Of a stretch of 64,000 bases of DNA, positions 46,882 through 59,700 are shown piece by piece. Source of the stretch: Phaeosaccion multiseriatum (taxonomy: Eukaryota > Protista > Ochrophyta, other classes); NCBI GenBank assembly GCA_965112735.1, contig OZ218950.1, forward strand, positions 372,001 to 436,000, written 5' to 3'. Below the pieces are notes generated by a model. It did not search any database and was not told where the DNA came from. It was given only the letters and a program-made list of their open reading frames with translations. Position 1 is the first letter of the stretch; each line of letters starts with the position of its first letter. Made by a program: the position numbers and the translations under genes.

Positions 46882-47964
46882 TTGAGTGGGTGGCGCGATA
46901 GGCTCTGGACGCTGGTGCAAGGAGAGCAACGTCGATGGATGCCACCCTCGCCCATAATGCTTAGAGATAAAGGTGGTGAGAGTGGTGGTCGGAGAGAATG
47001 TGTCGTGAGGTCAGGCGTGACTGTGGGAAGAGAGAGCAGAAAACTCAAGAAGGGAGGGTGGGTGAGAAATAAAGGAAGCAGTCAGCGGCTCCATCCATTG
47101 TCACGTACCTCAAGGCCCCCGATGAGCACGAAGAGGACGGGCAGGTTTCCGCTGGCCACCATGGGGTCGTGGGCCGTGGCCGAGGTGAGGTCAGCGTACT
47201 TGGCGCCGGGGAAGCGGACCCCGAGGTCCACGGCCACCCAGCCCAGCGTGGCCAGCATGGCCACTCGGCTGTGCTTGAGCTCAGCCTCGCGCATCCAGTA
47301 CATGGTGCTCAGGCCGCCCTCTGCTTGCGAGGCCATGCCGGGCACGATGAGCTGTCCGCGTGGGAGGAGAGGGGTGTGAGGAGAAATTCGTTCGTTAGCA
47401 AGGCTGAGCTGAGGCAGCAGCAGGATCGGAGACGGGGAGTTGCTTGCCCAAGGAGAGAGAGAGGCAAATTGCGAGTGTCGGCTCCGCTCCTCCACTACTG
47501 GCGGTCTGCTAGGCTGCGACGGCGGCTCTAAACCCTCCACCCACTGCCCCCCCCCCCTCGCGGGACCTGCGGCCGAACATCTGTCTCTCTCTCTCGTCTA
47601 ACAGCGCCGCGCAACTCAGACCGTGCAACTGCAGAGCAACTCTTGCACGCCGCCTTTCGCAGTGTGGCTTCTCGTTGGATTCTCTCTACCATCTCCCCCA
47701 AGGCTCTCGCTCGTCGCTCACCTGGGAGAAGTCAAAGTCGATGGAAGAAAGTCCCAGGGGATCGAAACCTACGTCGCCTGCCATTGAGCCGTCGCAGTTG
47801 GCAGGCTGCTCCATGAAGGGCATGGCCTCGCTCTTTGCCTGCACCCTCGTGCTGGCTCGGCCCTTCTGGGCGACAGAGGCGACGCGAGACACCGCCACAG
47901 GGGCGAACGCATCAGCCGAAGCCGCGAGGGCAGCAAAGCTAGCAACAATGGCGCAGGTCTTCAT
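46604..47964 (-). CDS. Light-harvesting chlorophyll-binding protein, Lhcr-type, 3 exons
   Basis: Presequence ASADA|FAP. GDVGFDPLGLS, MREAELKHSRVAMLA, FDP, SEIKNGRLAMLAFSG..TQ. Exons ~47722-47964, ~47109-47352, 46604-46819. Confidence 0.95.
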
Positions 47965-48211
47965 GGTTAAGGTCGGTGTGTGGGGGAGGAAGAGAGGCGA
48001 GATTTTGCTTTGTGAATCGGGTTTCGTTTCGATGGGTGATGTGTACCAAAATCAAGGCGCGATTGAAAGATTTTCCCCAGGGGCTACGTCGTGTCACCTC
48101 ATCAATCGCTGTTTCCTATATGTCTGTTGCCCATATGTCGTTGCCCATATTCTTGCATCATGCCGCTGATCGCCGTCCAAAGTGATTGAATAAAGCATAA
48201 AGCGTAATAGC

Positions 48212-51200
48212 ATGATCGAGCCAGAGCTCACCAGCATGTCTCTTCCGCTGGCCCCCTCTGCTGTGCCTCCCGCAGTGACAGAAGCAGTCGTGGAGGCTGC
48301 GCCAGCGGAAGAGCCGGAAGAGGAAGGAGGACAAGTGGAGGTGGCAGTCGACACAGCCGCACCAGGAGCAGCAGCGAGAGAGGAGGAGGAGGAGGAGGAG
48401 GAGGAGGAGGAGGAGGAGCAGGAGCAGGAGGAGCAGGAGGAGGAGGATCAGGAGGAGGGGCAGGAGGAGGAGGAAGAGAAGGAGGAGAAGGAGGAGGAGG
48501 AGGAGGAGGAGGAGGCGGAGGCGGAGGCGGAGGAGGAGGTGCCTGAGGCAGCACCAGCACCAGAAGGGGCAACCCCCGAGGAGGAGGGCGAGCCGGGAGT
48601 AGCAGAACAAGACAGGGGGGATGTTCAACCCTCCCTAGCAGCGGAGGAAGCACCCGTTAAGGCCTCCTTCATAGCGGCAGGGCTCGCCAACATCCGCCTG
48701 CCTCTCAACAGCGGCCTCAATGGCGCTAAGGAGGCCATCGTCGAGGCAGCGGTGGAGGAGCCCGAGGTGGAACCGGAGGTCGGCGACGACGTCTCTTGCA
48801 TCTTTGGGAGAGGAAAGGTGAGCAGCATTGTTCTCTCTGCCTTCTTTTCTCCAAAAGGGCTCTGGTTTACTCACTCTATCGTGCCGCTCGTCCTTCTTCG
48901 CAGCTCCTGAAGATCAGAGATGAAGACGGCGTGTACGTGGTGCACTCCACAGAGTGGATCATGGACAACTACAGCCGGCCCAAGTTCTTCCTGCAGCGAA
49001 GCGGAGTCAAAAAGGTTTGTAGTGGCGTGTCGCGTGTGGAGGTCGGCCCGCCCTTTGCTTTTTGCACTGAGCCTAGTCTAAGCAAACAAGCACACACACC
49101 CAACCTTCCACACCTCCCTCCTTAGGTGGCGAAGAAGCGACTGTTCGAGATGAACCCCTTCGAGGTGGTGCACACGGCGAGCGAGCACAAGGTGGAGGGG
49201 GGCAAGCTCTACCAGGCCAAGGAGTACGAGTCGGTAAGTGGGAGAGCACCACACCTGGACCTAGCCTCTCTTGGCGGCCCTTGATGGACACGTTGTTCCT
49301 TCCTTTCTGGTTGTGGTGTACTGTTCCCTTACCTCTCCCCCGTCTCAACACAGCGCCCGTGCTCTCTCTCTCTCTCTCTCTCTGTATATATATGAAGCTC
49401 TCCCTCTCTCTTCTGGCTCTGCCCCTCCCTCCCCTCTCTCTCACTCCCACTCCCCCCTCCTCTCTCCCCTCACTCTCCTCCATGCGTCCTATCTCCCGCT
49501 CTCCCCCCTCCCTCCCCTCCCCCCTCCCCCCCCTCGGTATCTCCAGGCCGCCCAGGCGTACCTGCGTGCCGTGGGCTATCTCAACTACATTACAGAGAGG
49601 AACAACGGGAGGGAGGCCTCCTTCTTGGACAAGGCCCGGGCCCTGGAGGTGATGATCCCGTGCTACAACAACGTGGCCACGTGCTACACCAAGCTCAATA
49701 AGCCCGCGGACGGCTTGCAGGCCGCCAAAAACGTAAGTCAAGGATACGTGTGTTTTGTGTTGTGTGTAGTGTGTGCTGTGCTATCCCTCTTGCCAAGGCC
49801 GAAGGAACGTACAGGGAAGGTGCACGGTGCAAAGGCAGGGTTCTAAATATATTCTACACTGGCTTTGTGCTCCTTCATTGCTAGCTTGGAACCTCGTATC
49901 CACCCCACTCCTGCTCTTTCCTTCAGTGGACTCCTCTTACTCCTCTCCTCCCCCACTCCCTAGAGCATCCAACATCTTGTAGAGAGAGAGATAAGAGGGA
50001 GAAAGAGAGCGAGAGACAGACAGAAGTTCAGATTGCTCTCCTACGATGATCGTAACGGGCGAATGGGGCTCTCAAACCACTACAGAGCTCCTTCTTGCCC
50101 CCGCCTGCGCACTCACCCCCAGCCCCAACCCTTCCTCCCCCCCCCATCAACTGCCATCCCTGCGTCACATCCACTGCCATCTCCCCCTCTCCAGGCGAGC
50201 GTGCTGTGCGACGCTCTTGAGCTGGAGGACGCAGGGCACGTCATGTCAGTGCTCAGGGGGAGGGGCTTCACAGACTTTAAGGTCTTCGTGGAGTGGAGGA
50301 GCAAGGCACTCTACGCCATCGGTGAGTGCCTGTGTGTGTGTGCGGGTGTGTGTGTGCGTGCGTGTGTTGTATGTCTCTGTGTGTGTGAAAGAAAGAGTTG
50401 GTGTGCGCGTGTGTGAGCGTTTGTGTGTGTGCGTGAACTCCTCTCTTCCCCTTCCCTTCCCTTCTGATGGGCACCCACCCACCCCCAACCACCACCAGGA
50501 AAATGCCACTCGCAGCGAGGAGACATGGCGGAGGCTCAGGAGTCTCTCAAAAAGGCACTCAAGGTGGGTCAGTTTGGTCAGTTGCAGGCATATGGGATCG
50601 GTGTAGTGGTACGTATGCATACGTTGCACGTCTGTGCAGCTGTGCGCCACTCGCTGTGTGGCGATCTTGCCACTCTGATGTCGGCGTACCTGAAACTCTC
50701 ATGCTTTCACGGTCATCCCCACCCCCCCTATCCATCCATCCGTCCATTGCCATCCACCCCATTACTCACTCACTCCCTCACTCACCCACCCACTCACTCA
50801 CTCAATGACTTAGGTGGCGAGTGGGCAGGGCCCCAAGATGGCCAAGGCGGAGGCCGAGATGCTGAAGCTGCTGGAGGCGGTAACGGCCCGCCTCAACAAG
50901 GCCAGGGCTAAGGAGAAGGCCATGTGGAAGGGCGCTTTCAAGAAGAACGAGAAGGACCCCGACGCCGGAAAGCCCCCTCCCAGCAGCGCCAGCAGCAAGG
51001 TGGGTGGGTGGGTGGGGGGGGGGGGTGCGTGTGTGTGTGTGTGTGCGCGTGTGTGTGGGCTCCATGAGGATGCATCCATGAATATGGATATCCTCTCCTC
51101 TCTCTGCGTGTAACGCACCACCCCGCTGCTGTCTAAACTCTCACACACACACGCACACACATGTACGCACCCGCAGGCCGCCCGGTCGCTCTCCAGTGGC

Positions 51201-51560
51201 AGTAGTAGTAGCATCTTCCCAGGAGTAGGTGGAGGGGGAGCAGGGACCCCAGCCCCCACCGACTTCTCCTCGCTGCTCCCCAGCAGCGCAAGTGCAAATA
51301 CGGCGAGTGGGAGTGGGAGTGGTAGTGGCTACACCTTCCCTCTGGGCATTGACGCCACCCTCAAGAGATTGAGCGCGAGCAAAGAGGGCAAGGGTAAGGG
51401 CGGGGAACATGACGTGGACGATGAGAGCAGGGGCCGAGCGAAGACTGTCGGGTGGAGCGGCTCTCGAACTGCGCTGCTACTTGGAGGGATCGGGGTGGCG
51501 GCGGCGGTGGGGTGCGCGGCTGCTGTTGTGCTGGGCAGAGAGAGTCGGCGGGGGCGGTAG
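48212..51560 (+). CDS. TPR-domain co-chaperone-like protein with acidic N-terminus and C-terminal membrane anchor
   Basis: KVEGGKLYQAKEYES|AAQAYLRA, CYNNVATCYTKL, KALY, KAKEKAMW-type helix as in FKBP/Cyp40 TPR modules. Tail LLLGGIGVAAAVGCAAAVVL followed by RESRRGR. Confidence 0.75.
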
Positions 51561-51899
51561 TTGGTGATACAACAGCAACAGAGCAGCAGCCGTTGGTGAT
51601 GGAGAACCTCCCTACCCCACCCAGCCACTCCGCAGTAGTCGCGTGAAGGGCAGGGTGGATGGGGTGAGGGAGGCGACGAGGAGGGAAGGAAGAAGGAAGA
51701 CAGGAAGCGAAGGCAGGGGAGTCAGAAGGGTACTGAAGGCCGAGAGGTGGAGGCGGAGCTGCTGCTGCTCTTCCCTTCTCGGCCCCGATGGGGGTGCAGA
51801 GCATGGCCTGCAGGGCAGGCACAGCCTGAGCAACGTCGAGCCAAGCCAGCCCAGCAAGGAAGGCCACTCTCCCCGAGGGAAATGCAAGCAAAGACGAAG

Positions 51900-52077
51900 A
51901 CGACGACGACGAGGAGGAGGAGGAGGAGGAGGAGGAGGAGGAGGAGGAGGAGGAGGAGGAGGAGGAGGAGGAGGAGGAGGAGGAGGAGAGGAGGAGGAGC
52001 AGGAGGAGAGGAGGAGGAGGAGGAGGAGGAGGAGGAGGAGGGGGAGGAGGAGGAAGGGGAGGAGGGGAGGAGGAGGA
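51900..52077. repeat. (GAG)n trinucleotide tract
   Basis: Directly visible. A similar (CCT)n tract lies at ~57998-58150 in a USP intron. Confidence 0.95.
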
Positions 52078-53737
52078 TCAAGGGTGGCACACCAACTTCG
52101 CTGGCTCAGGCTCCTGTCTGCCTGTCATGTCACCAAGGGAAAGCAAACGCGGCAGAGAATCATGTCACCAAGGGGAAGAAAACGCGAAGGGGCTTTAGCA
52201 CCAGCGGCACTGCACGCTAGACAGAGCCAGCTCCGTTGGTGTAACGTCGCTTTGATGTAGCTTTTGCTTTTGCTTCTGTTTGGTGACTTGATTTCACAGC
52301 TTTTCTGAGTTGTGTCCTTTCGGGGCACCTCCTCGCTCCTCGCCCCCCGCTCGTGCAGCATGTACAAATTACGTAACTATCGAAAGCACAAAGTCTATGG
52401 CCGTGTTGGGAAAGGAGAGAGAGCGAGACAAGGGCTCGGGCAGTGTGAGTGTAGGCAAACATGGCACCCGGGACAGAAGGGAATTTGTGTTTGAGTTTCC
52501 TTTTATTAGACCCTAGCCATCCAACAAACATCAGAACAAACGAGCAGAGGGATACCAGTTCCAGAGAGGAGCGAGGGGGGCAGTCAGAGAGGTATGTGAG
52601 GAGAGAAAGGGGACGAATAGTATTGTATAGATAGGAGAAGGGGCAGAGAGCTCGGAAGACCGGTGAACAGTGACGCTTCAGCGCTGCATTCACCCACTCC
52701 ACAGAACTCGGCCAGCCAGCCTGCAGTCCTGCAGACGAAGGGTGCAATGTCGATCTCTTCCGACCTGCAAGTGCAGCCATTTCTCTCTCCTATTACGTTG
52801 CTAGGTTCTCGACAAATACATGCCCCCAATGCTCCAACATTGCCCCTTATGCTCCCACGATATGGCCCAAGCGTGCGAGCGATGCCGTTTCTACGACTCG
52901 CCGCCTTCCCCGCAAGCTTCTTACTGCAGCCCACGAGTGTAAAGCACATGCTACATCTCCCTTGCTAGTTTGCCCATTCCTCCCCGCCCCACAAGGCAGC
53001 TCCTCGCTCCTCGCCTCCGTCTCTCTCGCCTGCCCGCCTGTTCGTACAAATGAATGCACACTACAGTCTTTAGGCGTGTGAGGGAAGGAGAGATGGAGAG
53101 AAAGAAGAAGAGAAAGGCAATGTCTCCAGGAAAAGGTTAAGCGGAGAGGTGTCGTCGACGTGTCGTGGGCGTGTGGTCAGCCGAGATGCCGAGGTGGGCG
53201 CGTCACCATTTGTGGGCGCGTCACCGTTTCAGTTTCAGTTTCAGTGTTATGGGCGGAGAGGAGGGGAGCGAAGGGAGGAAGAGGGGGAGGGAAAGAGAGA
53301 GAGAGAGAGAGAGAGGGAGGAGGAGGACACACACAGAGAGAGAAGGAGGGAGCGAGCAGTAGGGATGTTGTGGTGAGGTGAAGGCTGAGGTGTCACGGCC
53401 CTAGGCGCGTCATCCATAGTTTCAGTTTCCTAGGAGTTGCTCCCTGTTTCGTTAATTTCCAAACAGTGGGTGAGTAGTGAGCGACATTGGGAGGGGAGTG
53501 AGGGCACGAGGGGTGAGTGAGGGATTACATGTATTGTCTTGAATGTCTAACCGCTCATCTTCCCCTCCTGATCACCTACACGCCGCCAAAAAATGCATTA
53601 ACGCCACCTTTTCTCTTCTGAGGATCTGCTCGAGTATCTTTGTAATGGACCTCCTCTGCCGTCTCTGACAACCCTCCAGACTAGCAGCAGCAGCAGAGAG
53701 AAGCAAGTAGCGCACCGTGAAGTACTAAACCAACAAC

Positions 53738-56700
53738 ATGCCGAAGAAGGGAAAGCGAGCTGGGCGGCAGCCAAGGGCTGCCCGCTCAGGAAGTGCAAAT
53801 GGCTCTAGGGGTGCCAGTCCGTCCGCCCGAAGCGCCTCCCCCATGACGAAGAGCGGGTCAGGCAGTGGGAAGGTCTTTTTCGATGGCGCGGGGGATGACA
53901 GCAATAGGGAAGCCAACATCAATAGTAGAGGGACAACAACAGAGGGGGTGCTCAGCGCTGCTGCCAAGAAGCTTACTCCCCCTCCCGCGCCTCTCAGTAA
54001 GCCTCTCGCGCCTCTCGCTGTGAATGGAGAGGCGAGGTCGCCAGTCAAGGCCGTGACGTCGCCGAGAGCAGGCGTCCCTCCTCGGTCCACGGCAAGCAGG
54101 CGAGGAGACGAGGGAGACACATCGCTCAGTCAGGTGAGCTCGCAGACGCAGGAGGTGCATCTGTCTCTACGCACTTATTGCAGTGAAGGCACTTAGTCGT
54201 CTCTCCCGCCGTAAACCCCTTTCTCTTTCACCACCCCCTATCTCTTGTATGTTTGTTCTTCTCATCGCCTCTCCCCACCGTCTGCCATCTCGCGACTCCC
54301 GACACCCCCTCCTCGACCTTCCCACCCCCATGTACCGCTTCTCAGGCCCAGTCCACCCTCCCGGGCCCGGTCATGGCCAACAAGACGATCCTCTCCGCCG
54401 CAGAGATCGGACTCGGTGAGTAGAGTGATCGTAAGACGAGAGACCGAGACAAAGGGAGACGGGAGAGGGAAGGGAGAGAGAGAGAAACAGAGAGACAAAG
54501 GGAGAAAGAGAGGAGGGAAAGGGTACAGAGAGAGAGGGATGCAGAGAGAGAGGGGGGGGAAATGGTAGATGTAAAGAGAGATGAGAGGGAGGGGAGAGAG
54601 AAATGAGAGAGAGGGCAGAGAGAGATGTGGGAGGGAGGGGGTAGGGGAGGGATAGTATCGCGACTTCTCTCAGAGGCCCAACTGAGGGAGACCCAATCTG
54701 CTCAAGGAAAGCCTGCCGAGAGGGTGCGAGCGCATGGAGAGGGACGCGAACTGAGGGAGTTTGACTCTGCTGCTGCCGCTACTCTGGCCCACGGGGCTAT
54801 GACGCCACTCGGTGGTGGGTTGGTGGGTGGGTGCGCGTCGCCCCAATCACCACCATCACCACCAACGCAGTGCACTTGAGCCATCAGCTAGCTCAACCCT
54901 CTCTCTCTCTGTCTCTCTCTCTCTCTCGCCATCTCTCTCAGCGCCTCCCTCTCACTCACTCTTCCCCCCTCTTTCTTGTGTCTTGTCACTTTTCCCTCTC
55001 TCTCACACACACACCCTATCTCTCATATCCCCCCCCCCCCACTCTCTCAGCCTCGCTGCTGGTGGATGCCCAACAGACGCACTTGGTGGAGAACTGGCCA
55101 TTGCCGGGCACCGACGACGCTCAAAAGCACGCCTTCTTGGCGCAGCTGGGCAAGCTTCACGACACTGTGCCGGGTAGGTGGATGGGTGTCAGGACAGGGT
55201 GTGTGGGTGGAGGGTGTCAGGACAGGATATGTCGGTGGATAGGTGTCAGGATTGGGAGGGTGGATGGGTGGATGCAGTACAGGGAGGGTGGTTGGGAGGG
55301 TGTTATGACAGTGGGAAGGTGTCAAGACTGGAGGGCTGACGAGTATCCGGAGTGGAGGGTACCCTATCCCTTCCAATGTATCAGGAGTGGAGGGTGTCAG
55401 GACAGGGTGGGTGGGTGGGAGGGAGGGTGTCAGGACATTGGGTGAGTTGATGTAGGGCAATGCAAAACGCTTGCATCCTTTGACACTGGTCAGTCAGTCA
55501 GACCTCAGCTGGGGTGGTGTGGTCCGCCCTCATGCATTCACTTGCTCACTCATCGCACTACTCACTCACCCACCCACTCAATCCACCTCTACCCATACGC
55601 CTTTACTGACCCTTGCACCCCTACCTGGCGCACGCACCCACCCACCCACTCATCCCTCCATCACTCACTCAATACTCAATACGCCCCTGCCCATACGCCT
55701 CTGCTGATTCCCGTATGCCTCTACCCGCCGCAGGAGAGGGCGGTGTGGTGGGCTACGCATCCAGAGCGCGCTCCCTGCTGGCAGATGCGCAGGAGGGGCG
55801 TAACCCCCTGGAGGGGTGGACGCCGTCAGTGCCGCAGGGGGCGAGCCTGGACCCCGGATCCGACAGGTAACTGGTATCAGGACCCGCTTGACTAATAGCG
55901 GGAGGATGGCACTGGATGAGGAGGGCGCTGCTGCTGACGGACTGACTGACTGACTGACTGACTGACCGACGGACTGACTAAGTGGTGGGAACGTCTGAGT
56001 GGAAGCATGGCCGGCGAGTCGAGGGGCAGCTGCTAGAGCGCAGAGGGGAAGGAGAGGGGCAGCTGTTTGCACAGCAGGGAAGGAGAGGCGCAGTTGTTAG
56101 CACAGAAGGGAAGGAGAGAGGCAGCTGTAAGCACAGAAGTTAGAGTGTCCCTGTTTAGAGAGGGGCAGTGTGGATTGTGTGTTTTTTGCCTTGCTGACTT
56201 ACTATCCCTCCCTTTTACCCTCACCGCAGGAAGACAGAAGCTTCATGTCCAATCCGATGTTGAAAAGGTTACAGAAACTAAAAACTGAAGACTGAATACC
56301 CTTACCCTAACCCACCCACCCAAAACAGATACCTTGAGCTGGAGAAGGAGGGCCTGAAGAGCGTGAAGGAGTGCGGATTCGTGCTGGTAGCAGGCGGGCT
56401 GGGGGAGAGACTCGGCTACGGAGACATCAAACTCAAACTGCCCACTCAGTCCTGCACCTCGATGTGTTATCTCGAGCTCTACATTCGTCAGATCTTGGCG
56501 CTCCAGGCTCGTTACGGGGCTGGCAAGAAGCTGCCCCTCGCCATTATGGTATCGGATGACACAGAGGCCAGCACACTGAAACTTCTCGAGGAGAACAGTT
56601 TCTTCGGAATGCCCAAGGAGCAGGTGAGATAGACGTGTGGTGTTAGGAAATGCTAAGTAGCACGTTGGTAGACAGGCAGTCAGGGAGGGAAGGAGGTGGG

Positions 56701-59700
56701 TTGGTTAGTGGGTTGCGCTCACCTTCACCCGGCCCCTCATCCTTACCCTCACCATGGCTTTCATCCTCACACTCACGCTCACCCTCACCCCCTCCCTCCC
56801 ACCCCCCTCCCTTTCTCTCCCCGTCTCCCCATCCACTGCCATTCTCTTCCCCCCTCCTCAGCTGACTCTGATGAAGCAGGAGAAGGTGCCTGCCATTGCC
56901 GGTAACAGCGGCACCTTTGCCGCGGAGACTGAGGATCCTTACCACATCACCACCAAGCCACACGGGCATGGAGATGTTCACTCACTGATGCATCGCTCAG
57001 GGACGGCTGACAAGTGGGCGCAGGCGGGTGAGTAGATGGGAGGACGGGAGGGAGGCAGTGGATGGGGGAAGGGAGGGAGCGGGTGATGGAGTGTGAATGA
57101 ATGGATGGGTGGGTGTGTGAGTGGGTGAGTGGGTAAGGAAGTGAGCGAGAGAGGAAGGGAGGGAGAGAAGCAGTCTCTCGCCCCCCGAACATCGCCCCGT
57201 CCATGAGCTAACCGCTGCGCATCCACTGCCATCCCCTATCCCGATCCGCTGCCCCCCCCCCCGCCACCCCTCCAGGTCAGAAGTGGGTGATCTTTATGCA
57301 AGACACCAACGGGCTTGCTCTGCACACACTGCCCGCCGCCCTCGGAGTCAGCAAGCAGCTTGGTCTGGAGGTAAGCGGGTAGATGGGTGGGTGCGTGCGT
57401 GCGTGCGTGGGTTCGACTTATTATTAGACTTACGTGTACTTTGTTGACTTATGTGGTTGTGTTCTTACTCTGTGTGTCACTCTGTTCCCTCTCCTGCCGC
57501 CCCATGCTTGTGCACCCCCCCCCCCCTTGCCTCGCTTCGCTCCTCCCTCTCCCTCCACCCCACCCTCTCCTATCGTACACCCCCCCTCCCCTCTCCTCCT
57601 CTCTCTATTGGGCACCCACTGCAATCAAACAATCAAACAAAAGGTCAACTCCATGACCATTCCCCGCAAGGCCAAACAGGCAGTGGGGGGCATTGCCAAA
57701 CTCACACATGACGACGGCAGGATGATGACCATCAACGTGGAGTACAACCAACTCGACCCCCTCCTTAGGGGCACCACGAGCCCCGATGGAGATGTGAACG
57801 ACGCAGAGACGGGCTACAGGTGCGGGAGGGAGCGGGGGGGGGGAGAGACGGTAGAGAGGACGAAACAAAGAGAGGGCAAGAGGTAGAGAGAGGAGGAGAG
57901 AGAGGGACAAGACAGGGCTTTCCATACCCACAGGCAGATAAGCCACCTAAACCTTGCTGCCTCAAGTGCTCTTCTCGAGCTTAACCCTGCCAACAAACTC
58001 CTCCTCCTCCTCCTCTTCTTCCTCCTCCTCCTCCTCCTCCTCCTCCTCCTCCTCCTCCTCCTCCTCCTCCTCCTCCTCCTTCCTCCTCCTCCTCCTCCTC
58101 CTCCTCCTCCTCCTCCTCCTCCTCCTCCTCCTCCTCCTCCCCCTCCTCCATCTCCTCCCCTCCACCTCCACCTTCTCATCCTCCTTGTACTCCTCCTGCC
58201 CCTCTCCCTCCTCCCCCACCCCTCCCTCAGCCCGTTCCCCGGCAACATCAATCAGCTCATCTTCGCTCTGCAGCCCTACTGCGCCGTCCTGCAAGAGTCT
58301 GGAGGAGTGTTGGCGGAGTTCGTGAATCCCAAGTACACTGATGAGACGAGGCAAACCTTCAAGAAGCCCACCCGTCTGGAGTGTATGATGCAAGACTACC
58401 CCAAGGCGCTCGGGCCCGATGCCAAGGTACGTAAGGACTTATGTAAGGGAAATGGGGTATGGACTATGTGTCTATATATTGGGTATGGGGTATGTATGGG
58501 GTGTGGCCTATTGGGGAGAGAGAGGAGGGTATGTATGCATGTATGAGGGGGTATAGACGCGTTGTGGGGGAATGGGGTACGTGATGCGGATTGTTGTTTT
58601 GTTTCCGAGGATGGGATGGCTGGATGGATGCATTTGATCGTGTCGTGCGTGCGCTCGCTCTTGCCGCAGCATCCTTCCCATCCCCTGCCGCCCCCCCAAA
58701 CCCCTCCACTGCCCTCCTCCCCCCCCCCTCTCCCAGGTGGGCTTCACAAGCCTGCCCCCCTGGGTGTGCTTCAGCCCCGTCAAGAACTCTCTCGAGGATG
58801 CTCTCAAGGCGCAGAAGGCAGGCATCGCTCCAGGAGCGGCAGGTCAGTGCCTGGCGTCAGTCAGTCTGTCAGTCAGTCAGTGCCTGATGTCACTAAGTCA
58901 GTCAGTGCCTGATGTCAGTAAGAGTCAGTCTGTGCCTGGTGTCAGTCAGGGCCTGGTGTCAGTCAGTCAGTGCCTGGTGTCAGTAAGTCAGTGCCTGATT
59001 TCAATCGGCCTGGTGCTGCCGCCTGCCTTCCTGTCCGTTTCCCCACCTTCACTCACCCCCTCCCTCCCTCCCTCCCTCCCTCCCTCCGTTCCTTCCTCCC
59101 TCCCTCCCTCCCTCCCTCCCTCCCTCCCACCTCCCCTTCCTTCCTTCCTTCTTTCTTTCTTCCCTTCCTTACTCCCTCGCTCCATCCTTCCCTCCCTCAC
59201 CACAGCGACTGGCGAGAGTGATGCCTTCATGGTGTGGACGAAGCTTCTCACCAAGCTAGGCTGCAGTGTGTCTGTCGGCCCCTCAATCGAATGCCTCGGA
59301 GGTCTCAACGCCTGCCTCTCTCCCATGATCGCACTGGAGCCGGACTTTGCCATCTGTTACGCTGACCTTCAGAGCCGTTTCCCCCTGCCAGGGCGAGTCA
59401 AAGTATCGGGCAGGTCGACATTGGTGGTCAAGGGCGCGGGGGTGGTTATCGAGGACCTCGACTTAGATGGGTGTCTCGAAATCGAGGTGAGATGTTTTGA
59501 TTTTGTACTGAGACACGCACGGACTGACTAACGGGCTGCCCTGCCTGCCTGCCACGATTGAGATGAAAGGATATCACCAACTGCTACATGCTCCCTCAGC
59601 AATTCTTCTCTGCGTCTCTTTTTCTCAATGTCTCTGTGTGTCTGTGTCTCTCTCTCCGTCCATGTGTGTGTGTGTGCGTGTGCCCCCTTCATGCCCCAGG

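Noticed and set aside
51600-53700. Possible additional gene between the TPR and USP genes
   Set aside because: Only low-complexity or motif-free ORFs, with no consistent exon chain found.
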